The notes beneath the pieces are model-generated. The model was given only the letters and a program-made list of their open reading frames with translations, had not been told where the DNA came from and ran no database searches. The translations under genes were made by a program, and so were the position numbers. A stretch of 63,223 bases of DNA, the filler included. It is 4 parts of 4 records of this genome, joined end to end, with 100 filler letters (N's around TTAATTAATTAA, not from the genome) between each part and the next. Parts side by side here need not be neighbours in the genome. Positions count along the whole stretch, not along the records: positions 51,756 to 63,223 come from SRR31147125_17334; 3 more parts are not named here. One strand, given 5' to 3'. Positions 61,980 to 63,223 of the stretch are shown here, in pieces. The first letter of the stretch is position 1. Every line of letters begins with the position of its first letter.

Positions 61980-63221
61980 CTATGTTCTCCAGAAGAGTTT
62001 TTTTCGTGTAAAAAAGCTAACGATCAATGCCAAAATCAGCGTTTGAGCGCAAGCTAAAGCAAGTCCCCACCAATTACTGGAAGCAGAGATCTCTTTCAAC
62101 CATGGGAAAATGTGGGTTAAATATAGAATGGGAATGACAAGGTTATACATCCCCACATATGCGATCATGGGGTTTTGGCCATTGCTGATCAAAAGACCGA
62201 ATAGTTGTTTCTTTTTCAGAATATCGATCCAGATGCTGAAGAATACCAGCATGTAATAGGCTAAACCGCTTGTCAGAAAATAATATGAAAGCGTTGAGTT
62301 ATCTTTCTTGATACCGCCGCCAAAGGGCTCAAAAATCAATCCGAGTATGATCCACAAAGAACCCCAAACAACAAGATTCTTAAGAAGTTTTTCATCCTGA
62401 TTCATAGGTTTACGAACCTGTAGCCATGCAACAAAACATAGAATGAGCATTACAATGGTCGTTGCATTTAAAACTCGGGTGTACAATCCTACCAGGGATA
62501 CGGCAACCATCGCCAATGCGTAGATAGATAATACAACTAACCTTGGTGTATCGGGTTCATTGGCATCCTCTCTTCTGGTTTCCATCCAGTTCTTGATAGC
62601 ATCTCCAGCCATGGTTCCGGGAAGAACAATGAGCAAGTACTTTAACCATGAGAAGTTATAAAGCCATGTCAAAGGTGAAAAATTCCAAATTTTATCGATC
62701 CAGGAATAATCCACACCATTGAATAAGTGTTGAACATAAGGAATATATTTTATCGATTCCTGTCCACCGATGGCCGTTGCAATATCAAGTTGCATATGCA
62801 CAAGCCGCATTCCGATAAAAACCGCCATTACGGCCAGCCTGGCCATAGGATTCTTTCGAGTAAGTAAATAGATGATCGATCCAAAGAACATCATATTTGC
62901 TAAAAGCATAATGATAATATCCATTCTTTGGAACTTGAATCCCGAATCATCAGGATATTTCATGAATATCAAAAAGCTCAAAGCACCTGCCCAACCCAGG
63001 ACTTTCAATAAAACTTTCAACCATCCAGGCCAATTCTTCGGTGCCCTCAGGTAGATCATAAATAAGATGGCAAAACCGGCTAGGCCAAGTGCCCATGCAC
63101 CGTAAGCTATTTCGGGGCCCCAGATATTGTCTGTAAGCCTGTAGGGACGTATGTGTTGGATAAAGATCGCAAAGAAGACCAACAGGACTGTCCTTTCAAG
63201 AATATGCCCTGAAAGCGCCCA
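61980..63221 (-). CDS. DUF5009 / HGSNAT(NagX)-like membrane acyltransferase, 5' end runs off the window
   Basis: Polytopic; DIIIMLLAN, LKYLLIVLPGTMAG, EPFGGGIKKD..TLSYYF.TSG, NGQNPMIAY; frame open to the window edge. Confidence 0.8.
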   Translation of the reverse strand, partial: WALSGHILERTVLLVFFAIFIQHIRPYRLTDNIWGPEIAYGAWALGLAGFAILFMIYLRAPKNWPGWLKVLLKVLGWAGALSFLIFMKYPDDSGFKFQRMDIIIMLLANMMFFGSIIYLLTRKNPMARLAVMAVFIGMRLVHMQLDIATAIGGQESIKYIPYVQHLFNGVDYSWIDKIWNFSPLTWLYNFSWLKYLLIVLPGTMAGDAIKNWMETRREDANEPDTPRLVVLSIYALAMVAVSLVGLYTRVLNATTIVMLILCFVAWLQVRKPMNQDEKLLKNLVVWGSLWIILGLIFEPFGGGIKKDNSTLSYYFLTSGLAYYMLVFFSIWIDILKKKQLFGLLISNGQNPMIAYVGMYNLVIPILYLTHIFPWLKEISASSNWWGLALACAQTLILALIVSFFTRKKLFWRT

Positions 63222-63223
63222 AA

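Overview
The window is not one locus. It is four unrelated contig pieces joined by artificial 100-bp linkers (N44-TTAATTAATTAA-N44) at 12523-12622, 32126-32225 and 51656-51755. Piece 1 (1-12522, probably a diderm bacterium) holds transporters, several lipoproteins and a gadC-gadB acid-resistance operon headed by an unusual lipoprotein (FN3-like + discoidin + class I glutamine amidotransferase). Piece 2 (12623-32125, AT-rich, Bacilli/Izemoplasmatales-like) holds mrp, ptsI, a LacI-controlled glycan locus (three GH43, an ABC importer, a multi-CBM lipoprotein), an ABC exporter, T-box-thrS and dnaB-dnaI. Piece 3 (32226-51655, Clostridia-like) is mostly housekeeping (msmX, buk, ispE, prs, deoC, sortase B, gdpP-rplI-dnaB helicase, xpt, trmL). 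Piece 4 (51756-63223) holds a REP-like palindrome cluster and a tightly packed minus-strand operon: DUF5009 acetyltransferase-like, nanE, FAD oxidoreductase, phosphohexomutase, HAD, GH38, GH94. The best candidate for an undescribed system is this last operon. Its GH38 has Phe where the family has its catalytic nucleophile Asp, and the gene set fits a phosphorolytic route for N-acetylmannosamine-containing glycans. At least nine genes in pieces 1-3, including an essential one, carry 1-nt homopolymer frameshifts that look like long-read errors. All assignments come from motif recognition by eye; no database searches were run and taxonomic labels are inferences.
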